Numbered from the stretch's first letter, positions 43,992 through 58,580 are shown. The stretch: DNA of 64,000 bases from Azolla caroliniana (GCA_043228905.1 JBHGNT010000006.1:21638001-21702000); one strand, 5' to 3'. Made by a program: numbers and translations. The notes: generated by a model not told the origin, from the letters alone.

Positions 43992-44686
43992 TGTCGTGGT
44001 GTTTTTTGTCCATGGTGAGAAAACCGAGTGGGATAGAGAAAACGGAGATGTGCAACATTGCACATGAACTTAGGGAAATTGTAACATATGGACAAATAAG
44101 CAAATGTAAAGTGTAAGGAGTTAAGGTGCTCTACAAAGTTGTTAAGAGTAAATGTGATGTGTACTTTGTGGACTAGAGGGAGGTACATAGAGAATGAGTG
44201 TAAGAGTGATGGGCATTGAGTAGGACGGCTAGAGGAGAGAGAGTTAAGGCCCATCAATCTCAAGATCGGGGCAAATATTCTCCTTTGAATGAAAGGGGAA
44301 TTGACCACTCCTATTGTATTGTGCCTCACCCCTTACCACTATAAAAGGGAGTGAGGGGTCCCTTTTGAAGGGTTGCCTATTTTGCGTATGAGAGGTATAC
44401 CACTTAGTCTAGAGTTCTTACCGTTTTAGGGTTAGGGTTTCGTTCAGGGTTTCCTTATTCATCCTCGGTTAGGGTTTTGTCATAGTCGTTTGGTGTGGCC
44501 CATGCGGCCACCATTGTTGTAATCATTCGTTTGTTTTAATATAACTTGTTGAGTATCTTGCCTCTGCCGATCTCTCCTTCTATGCCATGGTCTTATTCTT
44601 TCCTCTTCTCCTCTTGAGCTAAGCTTCCATATCATATCGTATTCTTTCTCCTCTACTCCCTAGTCCGAGACCCCCGTGGTCCCGCA
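43992..44686 (+). mobile_element. LTR-like insertion (solo-LTR candidate)
   Basis: Starts TGTCGTGG, has CTATAAAAGG near 44339, TAGGGTT motifs and a CT-rich 3' part. Termini and TSD not confirmed. Confidence 0.45.
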
Positions 44687-45140
44687 ATGCACGTGAGCTA
44701 AGTCACATGGAAGCAATGGTTTGAATGGTAGATAACGGTATGGGCTCTAACATGTATCGATGTGTACGATTTCCCTGTTCCGCAAAGAATATGGTTTTGT
44801 AGTTAGGTGCAACATGTGTAGTATAATGTGTGAAGCGCGAGCCTCCACATTTGTCCCATGTCATGATACATTGACATTGCAAAAATGCCTCATTTACAGA
44901 GGAATCTAATGATGCATCATGAAGCAAGTGTCTCGCATCCCATCTACCAAACCATTTTTCTATATCTTGCATCCAACCGGAACACAAAAGTTTGCTTTTA
45001 TGTGTCTTTTGGATCTTTTTGCTTGCTTCCCACGCAATTCTAGGAAGTCGATCTGAGGGACTTTTTTGAACCTTAAGCATGTATTCAACAACCCTTTCCA
45101 TGGCCATGATCTCAATGAGAAGCGATCCCATCTCAAAGAG
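44687..45140 (-). mobile_element. RTE-like LINE C-terminal fragment
   Basis: RLPRIAWEASKKIQKTHKSKLLCSGWMQDIEKWFGRWD is homologous to the translation of 59020-59140. Confidence 0.65.
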
Positions 45141-46754
45141 AGAGGAATACAATGAGACTCGCAAGCACCGATCTCGCGCTTGTTCTCGTCTAGCGGATGG
45201 CTGCTGAGTTACAACTCACTCTCACTCTCTCTCTCTCACTCTCCCTAGTTATAGAGGCAACTACCTTTTGTGTAACTATCCAACAATAATGATCAACTCC
45301 ACTACCATAAAGTTTGCCCTAGTTGTATTTATACATATACAACTTTCTGGCTATTTACATACATAGCCCACAAGGGGCACATTCAAACTATTTACAAATA
45401 TAGTCTCTCGAATCGGTTATAAAATCGATTTTGATTTTGATTTCCCATTTCCCATTTCCGATTTTCGATGTCCGATTTCGGCCTCAACCGAAATACTCAT
45501 AAACTACATGGGAATCGGTTCTCCCCTTTTCCTCGATTCGAGCATCACTTCCCATCCGGGGGGACCTATTTCCCAACAAACTCTCCCTTCACTCCAGTAG
45601 GGGGACTTTACCAATCTGACCCTCTGTCGGCATTTGTTTAGCTTCTCTATAGACAACACTTTTGTCAGCATGTCCGATCCATTTTCGTCCGTGTGGATCT
45701 TCATCAGAGCAAACTCCTTTTCTTCTACTCGCTCTCGGAGCCGATGATCTCCTCTAAATGTGCTTGGTCCTCAAGTGGTAGGTGGCATTCTTTGCAAGGT
45801 GGATGGCACTTTGATTATTGCAATGGAGTTAGAATTCCTCTTGCCAACTTCCTGACTCTCCGATGAACTCCCCCATTTAATTACTTCCTTGCCGGCTTCC
45901 GCTGCGACCATGTACTCGACTTCCATGGTCGACAATGCCACAGCCTTTTGCAACCTCGACTACCACGGGACAACTCCCCATGTATAAGTCATCACGTATC
46001 CGGACGTAGATCGGCTGGTATCCGCATCACCTGACATGTCTGAATCAGTATAACCTTCCAATGTGGGGTTAACTGAGCCAAATCAGAGACACGCGCTCAA
46101 GGTGCCTCATAGGTGTTGAAGTATCTACTTGAGCCCAATGTTCTCTTACGGGATTGCTCATATATCGGCTAACCACTTCGACTGCATAAGCGATGTCCGC
46201 TCTGGTGCAAACCATTGCATACATCAAGCTTCCGACTACCGAGTCATAAGGAACTTTTGACATCTCGGCCTTCTCGGCTTTTGATTTCGGACTCTAGCTT
46301 CCGGATAGTTTACAGTTTGTCAGCAGTGTCGAGTCGACCGATTTCGCGCTTTCCATGCCGAATCTTTGGAGCACTTTTGTCACGTAATTCTCTTGTGACA
46401 ACCATAACAGTTTCTTTGTTTGATCTTGAACAATGTGCATTCCCAAGATTTGTTTTGCCGGACCCATATCTTTCATCGAGAATGACCTACTAAAAGACTT
46501 CTTCAAGCTTCCGATTTTCCTTGGGTCCTGTCCGACAATCAGCATGTCATCAACATACAACAGGAGGATGAGAAAATCTCCTCCATCATACTTCTTGACA
46601 AAGATGCAATGATCAGCTTGTGTCTTGCCGAAACCATGATCCACCATGAAAAATTCGAACTTTCGGTACCATTGCCGAGGTGCTTGCTTCAGCCCATACA
46701 TGCTCTTCCTCAATCGGCATACCAGGTTTTCTTTACCTTTCTCCTCTTTCTCTC

Positions 46755-47294
46755 AAGGAATATCTTTGGCAAAAGGATTTAGACCAAAACACTCCACTGT
46801 GGATCATTTGGTCACATTGAGAGTAATCATGGAATAGAGCTGACTACAAGGAAAAGCACTTTATTGTTGTTTTATTGATTTCAAGAAAGCTTTTGATACC
46901 GTATCACGAAGTGAGCTTTGGAATAGAATGGTAGAGATTGACATACCATTAGAGTACTGAGTGTTTATTGCACGCCTATATGAACAAGTTAAATGCCAAC
47001 TAAAAATGGATAGTGGATTCTCAAAGCACTTTTTAAGTAACATGGGGGTCAAGCAAGGATGTCCTCTATCACCCACACTCTTTGGCTTATGTATTGATAA
47101 ATTAGAAGAAGTGGTGAACAAGGCTGCAAGAGAAGAATGATTGAATGTCCCCAAATTGATGCAACATTTTATCTTATTGCTTCTATATGTAGATAAATGA
47201 TGTGGTACTCTTCTCATATGATGTTGATAGTATATATGATGTTGATAGTATGCAACATTTACTTGGGGTATTAGAAATTTTTTGGCATAGTTGT
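46755..47294 (+). mobile_element. RTE-like LINE reverse transcriptase fragment (continues at 58582-59280)
   Basis: GFRPKHSTVDHLVTL, CFIDFKKAFDTV, GVKQGCPLSPTLF, LLYVD. Contains stops. Confidence 0.85.
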
Positions 47295-47609
47295 TGTCAT
47301 GATATGGCAAGACTCGAACCCATGACCTTATGTTATATGAGTCGAGTTCTTGACCATTACACTATCTATTGTAATACATAGGATATTATGTTCATTTAAG
47401 TTTTACTATAGAAAATTAATGTATATTCCAGATTTCTCTAGAACATTCTAGAAGCTTTAGGACTACTTCTGAGGGCACTATAAAAGGAGGCACAAGGCAT
47501 TATTTTGAACCAAATTGGTTCAATGCCAGTCTTAAGCCTCATAGCTATTTTGTACTTACTCTTCATATAATATATCATCTGTTATCATCATCTCTCTCAC
47601 TCTCTCGTC

Positions 47610-47658
<49 letters not shown>

Positions 47659-50600
47659 TTTCTCTCTTCCTCTCTCGGGAGTCTTACGTAGTCCTGTCCT
47701 CTTAGTATTAATAGTACTTTCCTTCTCTAGTACTAATTCTCTCTGTTTTAGTACTATTCTTGACAGTTTGAACCAATTTTTTCCTCTACTTTTCTTTTCA
47801 GTTTCCCTCATCCTCTTACCCCTTTTATTTCCAATACTATGGCTACTGTTAGCACCCAAGAATATCAATCTGTTTTTTCCGAGCTACAGTGTCTAAAAGA
47901 AAATTTTGTTGCATTGGAACAAGAAAACCAACGATTGTTAGGGGATCTTCAACAAATTGCTCTAGAAAAACAACAAACGCAGCAACAACATGGGGAGTTA
48001 GCGTTATGTGTACAACAACTCGAAGCAACCATCGTAGCGTTGCAACAACAAGGATCAAGTCCCCAAGGATTTCATAAAGAGCCCAAGATTGGACTTCCTA
48101 TGAAATTCGATGGAACGCGATCGCAATTCAAGGGGTTCCTTAATCAAGTACGCTTAGTCATTCAAATGCATCCTTCCTGATACCCCACTGATGCATCCCG
48201 AGTAGGCCTAATAGGCACATTGCTTAGTGGCTCAACCTTGGCATGGTTCGCTCCACTTCTAGAAAAACAATCGCCCTTGCTTAATAACTTTGAAGTTTTT
48301 ATTAGCGAGTTTAAAGCTTGCTTTGGGGATACAGACAGCATCAGGACGACGATCAACAAAATCCGACGATTGCGTCAAGGCGATCGTCCAGCCTCTGCCT
48401 ACGCGGCAGATTTCCGTCTACTCACCTCAGATATCCCCTGGGATGATCAGGCACTAATGGAGCAGTTTCGCTACGGCTTGTGAAACGATGTCAAAGATTT
48501 ACTTTTAACCTTCCCCTAAGAACCAAAGTCTCTTATAGAGGCAATCAGTCGAGCAGTCCGATGCGACAACTGCCTCTTCGAACCACATTCGGAATGTCAA
48601 TTACAAGTACCACACCCTAGGCCAGAGCCCACATATGCCTCTGTCGCAGCTAAACTGTTTGCACGAGATGTATCTCAGGCAAATACTCCGACATCGATGG
48701 GGATCGACACCATGCGTCAACGTGGCCCGTTATCGGAAGAAGAAAAGCAATGACGACGTGCAAATCGATTATGTCTTTATTGCGGTGGACTAGGGCATAT
48801 TGCAGTCAATTGTCCCCATAGGCCAAGAAGACAGGTAAATCAAATTGTAGCTTGTACTAAACCCGAGTCAATTCCCTTAGGAGTGTTTGATAGTATTAAT
48901 AGTACTGATAGCCCAGGAATCTCAAACAAATTTGAAATCCTTAGTCAATTAGAAGAAGAGTTAAACGACTGAGTCCAGCCAAAATAGGAGCCATTTGGTT
49001 GGACAGCCCTAGATATGTGCAGCCCATTAGTGGTTCCATTCCCTCTAAGCAAGTTAGCAATGTGTTCTTAGCCCAAGTCATGGTTAGTACTAAAACTACC
49101 CCTCCAGTGCACGTCTTAGCACTTTTAGATTCCAGAGCCAATTCCTATTTCATGGATCGGAATATATCCTTAAGAAAACTTCCTTGCCCCACATTTGTAG
49201 TAGTCATTGATGGTCATCCTATTGCTTCCGAGAATATTATAGAAGAGTCAGAACCCATTCAGGTTGTCCTAGGTAGCTTTGTATGTGTGGTATCATTTAA
49301 TATAATTAGTAGTCCAGAGCATCCCATTGTCCTGGGATTACCTTGGTTTGAATTACATAATCCAGACATAGATTGGAGAACAAGAGAAGTCCGGTATCGA
49401 CAACCCCGAGAATCTACTCATCGAGTTTCGACCATTTCACTCCATCAATTACGCGAAGAAGGATGCAACGAGGCAATGTTTCTATTTGCAATATCAGTAC
49501 ATCCTTCCAGCAATACTAAGAAGGAATCCTTAGTTCAACTTCCGACGAAATATCATCCTTATGCCGATGTATTTGACAAGGTAAAAGCCGGTACTCTTCC
49601 TCATCATTGTCCCATCGATTTACAACCAAGAATAGAGCCACCATGGGGACCAATTTACAGCTTGTCACCAACCGCGTTAGAAGTCCTTCGAGTCTACATA
49701 GAAGAGAATTTGGCAAGTGGGTTTATTCGTCAATCAAAATCTCCGGCCGGTGCACCCATTTTCTTCGTCAAGAAGAAAGATGGATCACTTCGTCTCGTCG
49801 TTGATTACCACAGCTTGAATAAGGTCACCATCAGGGATAGGTATGCACTTCCCCTTATATCAAGTGTTTTAGAGTGAGTAAATGGTGCCAAGTTTTTTAC
49901 AAAAATTGACCTACGAGGAGCGTGTAACCTCGTGCGGATCCAACCAGGAGATGAATGGAAGACCGCTTTTCGCACCCAATATGGGCATGTCGAGTATACC
50001 GTTAGGCCATTCGGTCTAACCAATGCGCCCACAGTCTTCCAGCACATGGCAAATGATATATTCAGAGACCTCTTGGATATCTGTTTGATCATCTATCTGG
50101 ATGATCTATTAATTTATTTGAAGACCTAGGAAGAGCATGATTCTCATGTACTATTAGTACTAAAATGACTCCGAGAGAATGGTCTTTATGCCAAACTGGA
50201 AAAATGTAGCTTTGACTGCAAGCAAGTGGAATTTCTAGGCTACATCATCTCCTCAAAGGGCATCTCCATGGATCCAGTTAAAGTCAAAATTGTGCTAGAG
50301 TGGCAAACTCCACGTTCGTTACGAGATGTAAAATGTTTCCTAGGCTTTGCTAACTTCTACCGCAAGTTTATACAAGATTACTCGAAGATTATTTGGCCTC
50401 TCACACAGCTTACCAAGAAGGGATAGGCATTTCTTTGGTCTAATGAAGTGGACATGGCTTTTATGCATCTTAAGAAAGCCTTTACATCAGCTCCTATTCT
50501 AGCTCATGTGGATACAAACAAACCATTCATCATGGAGGCTGACACATCGGATTTCCCCCTCGGTAGCATCCTTTCACAACAAGGAGATAAAGAAAAGTTA

Positions 50601-53600
50601 CATCCTGTGGCTTTCCATTCGCACAAATTTGATGCCGCGAAAATCAACTACAAGATACATGACAAGGAGTTATTAGCCATCGTGGATTCATTTGTGCAAT
50701 GGCAGCACTTCTTAGAGGGCTCTCCACATCAGATCATCGTCTTTAGTGATCATAAAAATCGTGCTTATTTCCAGAATGATCATGTACTAAATCGATGGCA
50801 AGCTCAGTGGGCCCAATTCCTCACGCGTTTTGACTTCAAAATCACATATCGGCCAGGGAAGCAGCAAGGAAAAGCAGATGCACTATCACGATGTTCATAT
50901 CTTGCACCTCATCTAGGTGATCCAACATTTGATAATCAAAAGCAGGTAATCTTGGTACCAACACGTTTGCACACAACACGGATTTTTCACACTCCACTGG
51001 ATTCCCGGATTATCGATGCCATACGTGCCAACTTGAAGACAGACAGTTTTGCTCAAGCTATTCTAGCACAAATTGATACCTCTCGAGCATCATGTTCCCA
51101 GTCTCAACAACTAGGTATGGACTACCGACAATTCTAATATCATGATGGTTTATTATTCTTTAAAAAGCTCGTATATGTTCCCGATTGCTCCTATCGCCTT
51201 CAAATCGTCCAAAATTATCACGACACACATACAACAGGACATTTTGGTAGTGCTAAGACGTTGGATCTAGTTCAACGATCTTTTTGGTGGCCCCATATGC
51301 GACGTTTCGTTGACGACTACGTTCGGACCTATGATGCTTGTTGCTGAGCAAAAATGCCACGACATCATCCATATGGCTTATTGGAATCCTTACCAATTCC
51401 AAGTAAGCCATGATAGTCCCTTTGTCTTGATTTTATCACAGATCTTCCAGTCTCGAAGGGTTTCGATGCTATCTTAACCATCGTTGATCGATATACTACG
51501 ATGGCACATTTTGTGCCTTGTACTAAGGCCATCACAAGTGAAGAAACCACCACCCTTGTCATGCATGAGGTATTTCGGCATCATGGCCTCCCAGACAGTA
51601 TCATCAGTGACCAAGGACCTCAATTTGTCTCCAAATTTTGGAAGCATCTCTTTAAGATGCTCAAAGTCTCTTGCGACCTCTCCTCCGGCTACCATCCCCA
51701 AACTGATGGGCAAGCGGAACGATGGGCAGGCGGAACGAACAAATCAAACGCTGGAACAATACCTCTAATGTTTTCTAAGCTACCAACAGGACGATTGGGC
51801 TGATATTCTCAACTTTGCGAAGTTTGCTTATAATAATGCTATTCACTCCTCGACTCGAGTCTCCCCATTTTACGCCTATACCGGTTCTCATCCTCGTTGG
51901 TCTGTGATCGACACCCCAGAGCTACCTACCAGATTCAAACGGATCTATCTACTCATCTTCGTCATGCTCAACACACACAGAAGACTTATGGCTCTTACGT
52001 CGTCACATCAAGACTACTCGATCGTGCGACAAATTGGACTATCGAAGACTCGGTCCTTTCCGTATTACCGATAAGATTAATGATGTCACATTCCGCCTTG
52101 ATCTTCCTCTGCACCTTCAGATACATCCGGTCTTCCATAGTTCTCTTCTTGAACCTTATCAGGCTAACACTATTCCCAATCGTGTTACACCACCGCCGGC
52201 CCCGCTTGAGTTGGACGCCGGCCCGGAGTATGAAGTTGTTGTCGTCCTCGACTCCAAGTTCGTTCACAACAAACTTTATTATTTGGTCGATTGGCTTGGC
52301 TATAGTCCGAGCAAACGTACCTGGGAACCCGTCGAGTATGTCGCCAATGCTCAGAATCTTCTTGCTGATTTCCACCGACAATATCCGGACAAACCCGGTC
52401 CTCAATCAACGCTGACTCGTTCCACTCGTCGTCTTAAGGGAGGGATAGTGTCATGATATGGGAAGACTCGAACCCATGACCTTATGTTATATGGGTCGAG
52501 TTCTTGACCATTACACTATCTATTGTAATACATAGGTGTTGAGCGGCAAGCTCACCCGGATCCGGATAGGCATCCAGAAGGATGAGCCCGATTGGTGAGC
52601 CGGTGAGTTGGGGAGCCGGTTAGTTGGATCAAGCAGTAACCGGAAGCCAAGTAGCAGCTAGTCTACTAGGGAGTTAATATCTCGTAGTTAGTGTCAGACG
52701 CTCGTGTGAGCATTGCAGTACACCGTACTTCTGTCAGTCCGGATGGACTTGTATAAAAGTGTTCACTGAACACATACGATGTACAGACTGAGCAATATTT
52801 TTTGAATTGAGTTTCTGTGTGCTCTCTATGTCTCTGTCTCTCCCGCGTACTGTTAAGATCTCCATTAGACCTTTTTTCTGCTTTCTATTTTCTATTGCTT
52901 CCACACACTATTTGTTTCTACATGGTATCAGAGTGCGAGGGTTGAAGACCTTTGCAGCCGACATTCACTTTCGCAAGACAAACCCTACAGGTTGTGAGAA
53001 CAGAACAGTAGACAAAAAAAAATGGACAGAGGAATGGCCAGCTCGTTCCCAGTGGAGAAGCTCGACAGAACCAACTACACATCTTGGTCTTACAAGATGC
53101 ACCAGTACCTACTTGGGCATGGGTACTGGAGCTATGTTGACGGAGCTAACGACATAGCACCTAATGCGGCACACAAGAACTTCCCGGTGTGGGAACAATC
53201 GGCAAGCAGAGTGATGTACTGCTTTGCGTCTAGTGTCGGAGACCAGCTATTGAGCCACGTCCGAGATGCCAAGACGTTGAAAGAGGCTTGGGGAAACTTG
53301 AAGAAGGTGTTCGCCGCAAGCACTACAGCCCAAAAGCTGCAACTCCGACAAGAGTTGAGCAATGTCCGGCAGAAGGACATGTCAGTGGCTGATTACACGG
53401 CCTGAATCAAAGAGATCTGTGACTTGCTTGCCTCTATCAACGTAACGGTAGAGGAAGACGAGATGGTACAGGTCTGTCTTGGGGGCCTGGTGTCTAAGTT
53501 CCGAGCTTTCCGGGCAACAATATGTACGAGGGAGAATACACCATCATTTTTCGACTTACAGTCGATGCTCCTCGTAGAGGAGAACCACGCCGGTGCGTCA

Positions 53601-56600
53601 ACAAGTGCACCCAACGACAGCCGGATGCTATACACGGCGGCAGATCGGCCCCGTGTGCGTGGTGGACGAGGCGGGTCGGCACACAATGGAGGCGACCGGC
53701 AAGGGCAAGACCGACGGCACAGAGACCGTGCCGACAGCAGTTCCGTGCCGACAGCAGTTCCGTTCCGGCGCCGGAGGCCGGCAAGACAAATCCACCACAG
53801 AATGTTGGTACTGTGGCAAAAAGGGCCACAGAGAAAGTGAGTGTTGGGAGAAGCGCACCGATTCGGATAGATCTGGATTCGAAAAAACCGGTCGGGAGAA
53901 CCGGCAAAGCTTGGACTACGCGCAAGGATCGAAAGGATCCGGAACCGGGAAGACCGGTAAGGGGCCAGCCTTGGTGATGAAGCACGAGGCAAATTCGATG
54001 AAGAAGACCACTTCCAAATCGGAGGAAGTGTAGTACGTTGATTCTGGTGCATCAAATCACATGACGAACCACAAAGAGTGGTTCCCCTTCCTGGAGAAAC
54101 CGGAGACGACACTCCTCACCCAATCGTGCATGTCGGAGAAGTCCCTTTGAGCCGCGTCGGATAGAGGGGGAAGCTGATGAACGTATTACAGGTTCCAACT
54201 ATGACGAAGAACTTGGTGTCAGTTGGACAGATCGTTGACCAGGGAATGCAGTTGCGGTTTACGCACCTCGGCTGTTCATCGAAGAGGAGGGTCAAATTAT
54301 TGCGCAAGGGCGCAGAGATGGGAGGATGTTCATCCTCAACACCAATGACATCGGCACCGCTTTGTTCGCCAAAGGACAGAAGATTGAATCGGACATCGAT
54401 CTCTGGCACAAGCGGATCGGCCACGTCAATTACCGGAGGCTTCAAGACCTGCAAATGAAACAAGTTGTTTTCGGTTAGCCGAAGTTCAGTGGCCGGAAGG
54501 CCCAAGTATGTGAAGCCTGCCAACTCGGGAAGCAACACCGGCTTCCATTCCCCACCGAACGAAACCGTAGCCGTAACAAGCTCGACCTTATTAATTCGGA
54601 TGTATGGGGACCGGCACAGAAAGTGAGTCTTGGCGGGAGTCGATACTTTGTCTCCTTTATCGACGACTATAGCCGGCACACATGGATCTACCTCATTGAG
54701 TGGAAGAGCGAAGTCTTTGACTGTTTCCGGAACCTCCAAAGCATGGGGGAAGGGGAATCGGAGAGGAATATCAAGTGCCTGCGGTCAGATGGCGGAAAAG
54801 AATATTTTTTCGGCCAATTCAACAGTTATCTGCAACAAACAGGAATTTGGAGAGAGTTCAGCCACATATACACACCAGAACAAAACGGTGTGGCCGAAAG
54901 GAAGAACCAGTCACTTGTCGACGCAGCAAGGGCAATGCTAAAAGAGAAGAGCATACCCCATTTCTACTAGGCGGAGGCAGTCCGGACGACCGTCTACATC
55001 CAAAACCGGATTGGTGACAAGGTGTCCGCGCATGAGCTGTATTTCGGGCGCAAGCCAAATTTGAGACACCTTCGGATTTTCGGCAGCATAGCATATGTGC
55101 ATGTGCCGAATGAGAAGCGGAGGAAGCTAGAGGCAAAATCGGAGAAGTGCATCCTCGTCGGCTACTCACATGAGCAAAAGGAGTATAAGTGTTATAACAC
55201 TCGGACGAAGCAGGTCCGAGTTAGCCGCGATGTTGAGTTTGATGAGACGACATCATGGTATGCCTTACCGGCTCCGACTTCCAACCCCGACCCGATATTG
55301 GAGGATGAGGCTAGTGAGCCTGAACCGGTCCAGATAGAAGATGATGAATCTGGGACTCAAGAAGAGAGTCTGGAATCGTTTCGGTTGAGTGGGCCGAACG
55401 AGATCCTAGGTCAATCCGACCAGTCACAAGAGGAACCGGCGAGTAGTGAAGACACTGCCTTGCTCTCCCCACGCAAGGAACCGAGGAGACGGTTCACGCG
55501 CTAAGAGAAGGGGAAGAAGAAGATGCCGGATTATGAAACCGGTAATGATGAGTCGGATCAGAGCGGATCCAACTCCGGAAAGGAAAATGACGGTCCTTCG
55601 GCACCGAAGACCGAACCGGCCAAGAACGGCCTCAAACCGGGTAATAGTGGGTTACGCCGGTCAACCCGCCAGAAGGACCCTGTTAAGCGGTATGAGTACA
55701 TGGTGCATCACTATGCGTACATGACCAAGGTGACGGAAGTGCGTGAGCCGTAGAGCTACACAGAAGCAGCAAGGGATGCACATTGGTGTGTTGTAATGGA
55801 AGAAGAGATGCGGGCACTTGATGCCAACGATACATGGGACCTGGTTGACCCTCCCCATCACTGTAAACCGATCGGATGCAAGTGGGTGTACAAGGTAAAG
55901 TACAACGCTGACAGTTCAATTAACCGGTACAAGGCCCGGTTAGTGGCAAAGGGATACGCGCAGACCCACGGAATCGACTACGACGAGACCTTCGCTCCGG
56001 TAGCGAAGATGACGACAGTTCGTGTGGTGTTGGGGGTTGCTGCGGCAAGGGAATGGCATCTTCACCAAATGGACGTGAAGAATGCATTTCTTCAAGGCGA
56101 TCTAGAAGAAGAGGTCTTTATCACCCAACCTCCCGGTTTTCAGTTGGAGATGAACAAGTTGGTTGTATGCCGACTAAAGAAGTCACTTTATGGCCTGAAG
56201 CAAGCCCCCCGAGCTTGGAATGCAAAGATTACGCACCGGTTGGGTAAGTTGGGGTTTGCGGCCTCCAAGTCTGACTCTTCGTTGTTCATCCGGCAAGGTC
56301 CAGACGGTATGTTGATGATCTAGTCATCACCGGACCCGGACTCGATGAAATTTGCCGAGTCAAGTCCCAACTGTCGGATGCATTTGAGATGAAGGACCTG
56401 GGGGACCTTCACTATTTCCTTGGGATCGAGGTGATCCGAACCTCCGACGGCATATTGCTCTCACAAAGACACTATGTGTTGAATATGTTGTACAAGTTTG
56501 GCATGATGGAATGTCACCCTATTTCTACACCCTCCGACCGGAAACAGAAGCTCTGTCCCAACTCCGGATCGGCCTGCGATGAGACCCAGTTCCGACAAAT

Positions 56601-58580
56601 TGTTGGAAGCCTTATATTTTTTACCATCACCCGACCCGACATCAGCTATCTGGTCGGTGTGATTACTCAATTCATGCAGCAACCGACCGTCGAGCATCTT
56701 CAGTGCGCGCACCGAATACTGCGGTATGTGAGCGACACGAAGGACTAGGGACTGTTATACTGGCGATGTATGACCGAAGAGCTAGTCGGCTACACGGATG
56801 CCGACTAGGCCGGCGATGCATCAGATCGTCGTTCCACTTCCGACTATATGTTTTCCCTTGGTAGTGCGGTTGTTGCGTGGAGCAGCAAAAAGCAGCCAAC
56901 AGTGGCTTTGTGGAGCACTGAGGCTGAATACCGGAGCGCTACCGTTGGCACCTGTGAAGCCATTTCGCTTCGGCGACTGCTGCAAGACCTGCGGATTGAG
57001 GTGCCGACCCCGATCCTAATCTACTGTGACAACATAAGCAACATGCAGCTCGCCAAGAACCCCGTATTCCATGCTCGCACAAAGCACATCGAAGTGCACC
57101 ACCACTTCGTGCGTGAGCGTGTCCTGAGCGGTGAAGTCGAACTTCGGTATGTTCATACGGATCGGCAAGTTTCCGACATCTTCACCAAACCGCTCGGATC
57201 GGACAAGTTGCAGCACTTCACCGAAATTCTTGGTGTTCAGCATCTCGACGTGCCACACTTGAGGGGGAGAATGGGCAAAGACACCACCGAAACGGGCAAA
57301 GGCAAAGAGACTGTCGATTGCGCCAATGGGGGAAGAACTGACAAGGGGAGAGACAGGAAGAAGAAAGGAGCCGAGTCGACAAAGGAAGTTGACACATCCG
57401 AACAAGTCGGAACAAGTGGCAACAGAGGCAAAGTCAAGAAGGATAGAGCCAACCGGAAGAAGAAGGCCAAGACCCGGACATGGTCGGATGTGGTGAAGGG
57501 CCTGGAACCAGAAGACGAATCGGGAGCAACCGATTCAGACAAGAGCTGGAATGAATCGAAGACAGCCAATTCGGTTCTACAAAAGGATTCGGAAGAACCG
57601 GATCAATTCAAGGCCAAGAGGACAAGAAGGCAGCAAAAGTGGACGCCAACACGAAGGAATCGGCGAATCGACAAGAGTCGAAGTCACAGCAGCAAGGGAG
57701 CTGAATTGGGCCTGTTTAGCAGAAAAGCTGACCAAGGAAGTCGAGGTGCGCAGGAATAGAAGGGTCGCGGCAAACGGGACTGGACCGGACGAGGAGTGCG
57801 AGCGAGGCGGAGTGACGCCAGAAGGAGCCAGGTGGAAGGACCGGCTGCCATAGAGACTGACACTACGATCCGACCTCAAATTGAGCTTGAGGGGGAGTGT
57901 TGAGCAACAAGCTCAACCGGATCCAAATCGGCTGAATAAGCCTGAGCCGGATCGGTGAGCCGGTGAGCAAGTGAGCGGGTGAGCTGGGGAGCCGGTTAGC
58001 TGGATCAAGCAGCAACCGGAAGCCAAGTAGCAGCTAGTCTACTAGGGAGTTAATATCTCATAGTTAGTGTCAGACGCTCGTGTGAGCATTGAAGTACTCG
58101 TACTTCTGTCAGTCTGGATGGACTTGTATAAAGTGTTCACTGAACACATACGATGTACAGACTGAGCAGTATTTTTTGAATTGAGTTTCGGTGTGCTCTC
58201 TCTTTGTCTCTGTCTCTCCCGCGTATTGTTAAGCTCTCCATTAAACCTGTTTTCTACTTTCTGTTTTCTATTGCTTCCGCACGTTATTTGTTTCTACAGT
58301 AGGATATTATGTTCATTTAAATTTTACTATAGAAAATTAATGTATATTCCAGATTTCTCTAGAACATTCTAGAAGCTTTAGGACTACTCCTGAGGGCACT
58401 ATAAAAGGAGGCACAAGGCATTATTTTGAACCAAATTGATTCAACACCAGTCTTAAGCCTCATAGCTATTTTGTACTTACTCTTCATATAATATGTTATC
58501 TGTTATCATCATCTCTGTCACTCTCTCGTCCTCGCTATCGCTCTCTCTCTCTCTCTCCTTTTCTCTCTTCCTCTCTCGGT
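47295..58580 (+). mobile_element. Ty3/Gypsy chromovirus (Tf1/sushi- or Tcn1-like), degenerate; 3' LTR interrupted by Copia A2 and truncated
   Basis: 5' LTR 47295-47765 (TGTCA..TGACA). gag from 47839 (PMKFDGTRSQFKGFLNQ, CLYCGG.GH), PR LLDS, RT (KTAFRT, YLDD), RH, IN, chromodomain at 52230-52400, PPT at 52436-52448. 3' LTR at 52449-52536 and 58304-~58580. Confidence 0.9.
52537..58298 (+). mobile_element. Ty1/Copia element A2, full-length but degenerate, paralog of A1
   Basis: LTRs 52537-52922 and 57898-58298, PBS TGGTATCAGAG at 52923, TSD ATAGG/GTAGG. gag-PR-IN-RT-RH order with stops and frameshifts. Confidence 0.93.

Larger units (their letters stand above)
43705..46750 (-). mobile_element. 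Old Tork-like Copia 3' half (RT-RH 46750-45600, PPT, 3' LTR 45578-43705 with insertions), related to element B
   Basis: [31 protein letters not shown]. The LTR shares GGCCACAACC and TTAACGTGGAAAACCC..GGGAAAAA.CCACGGG with element B. Confidence 0.8.
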
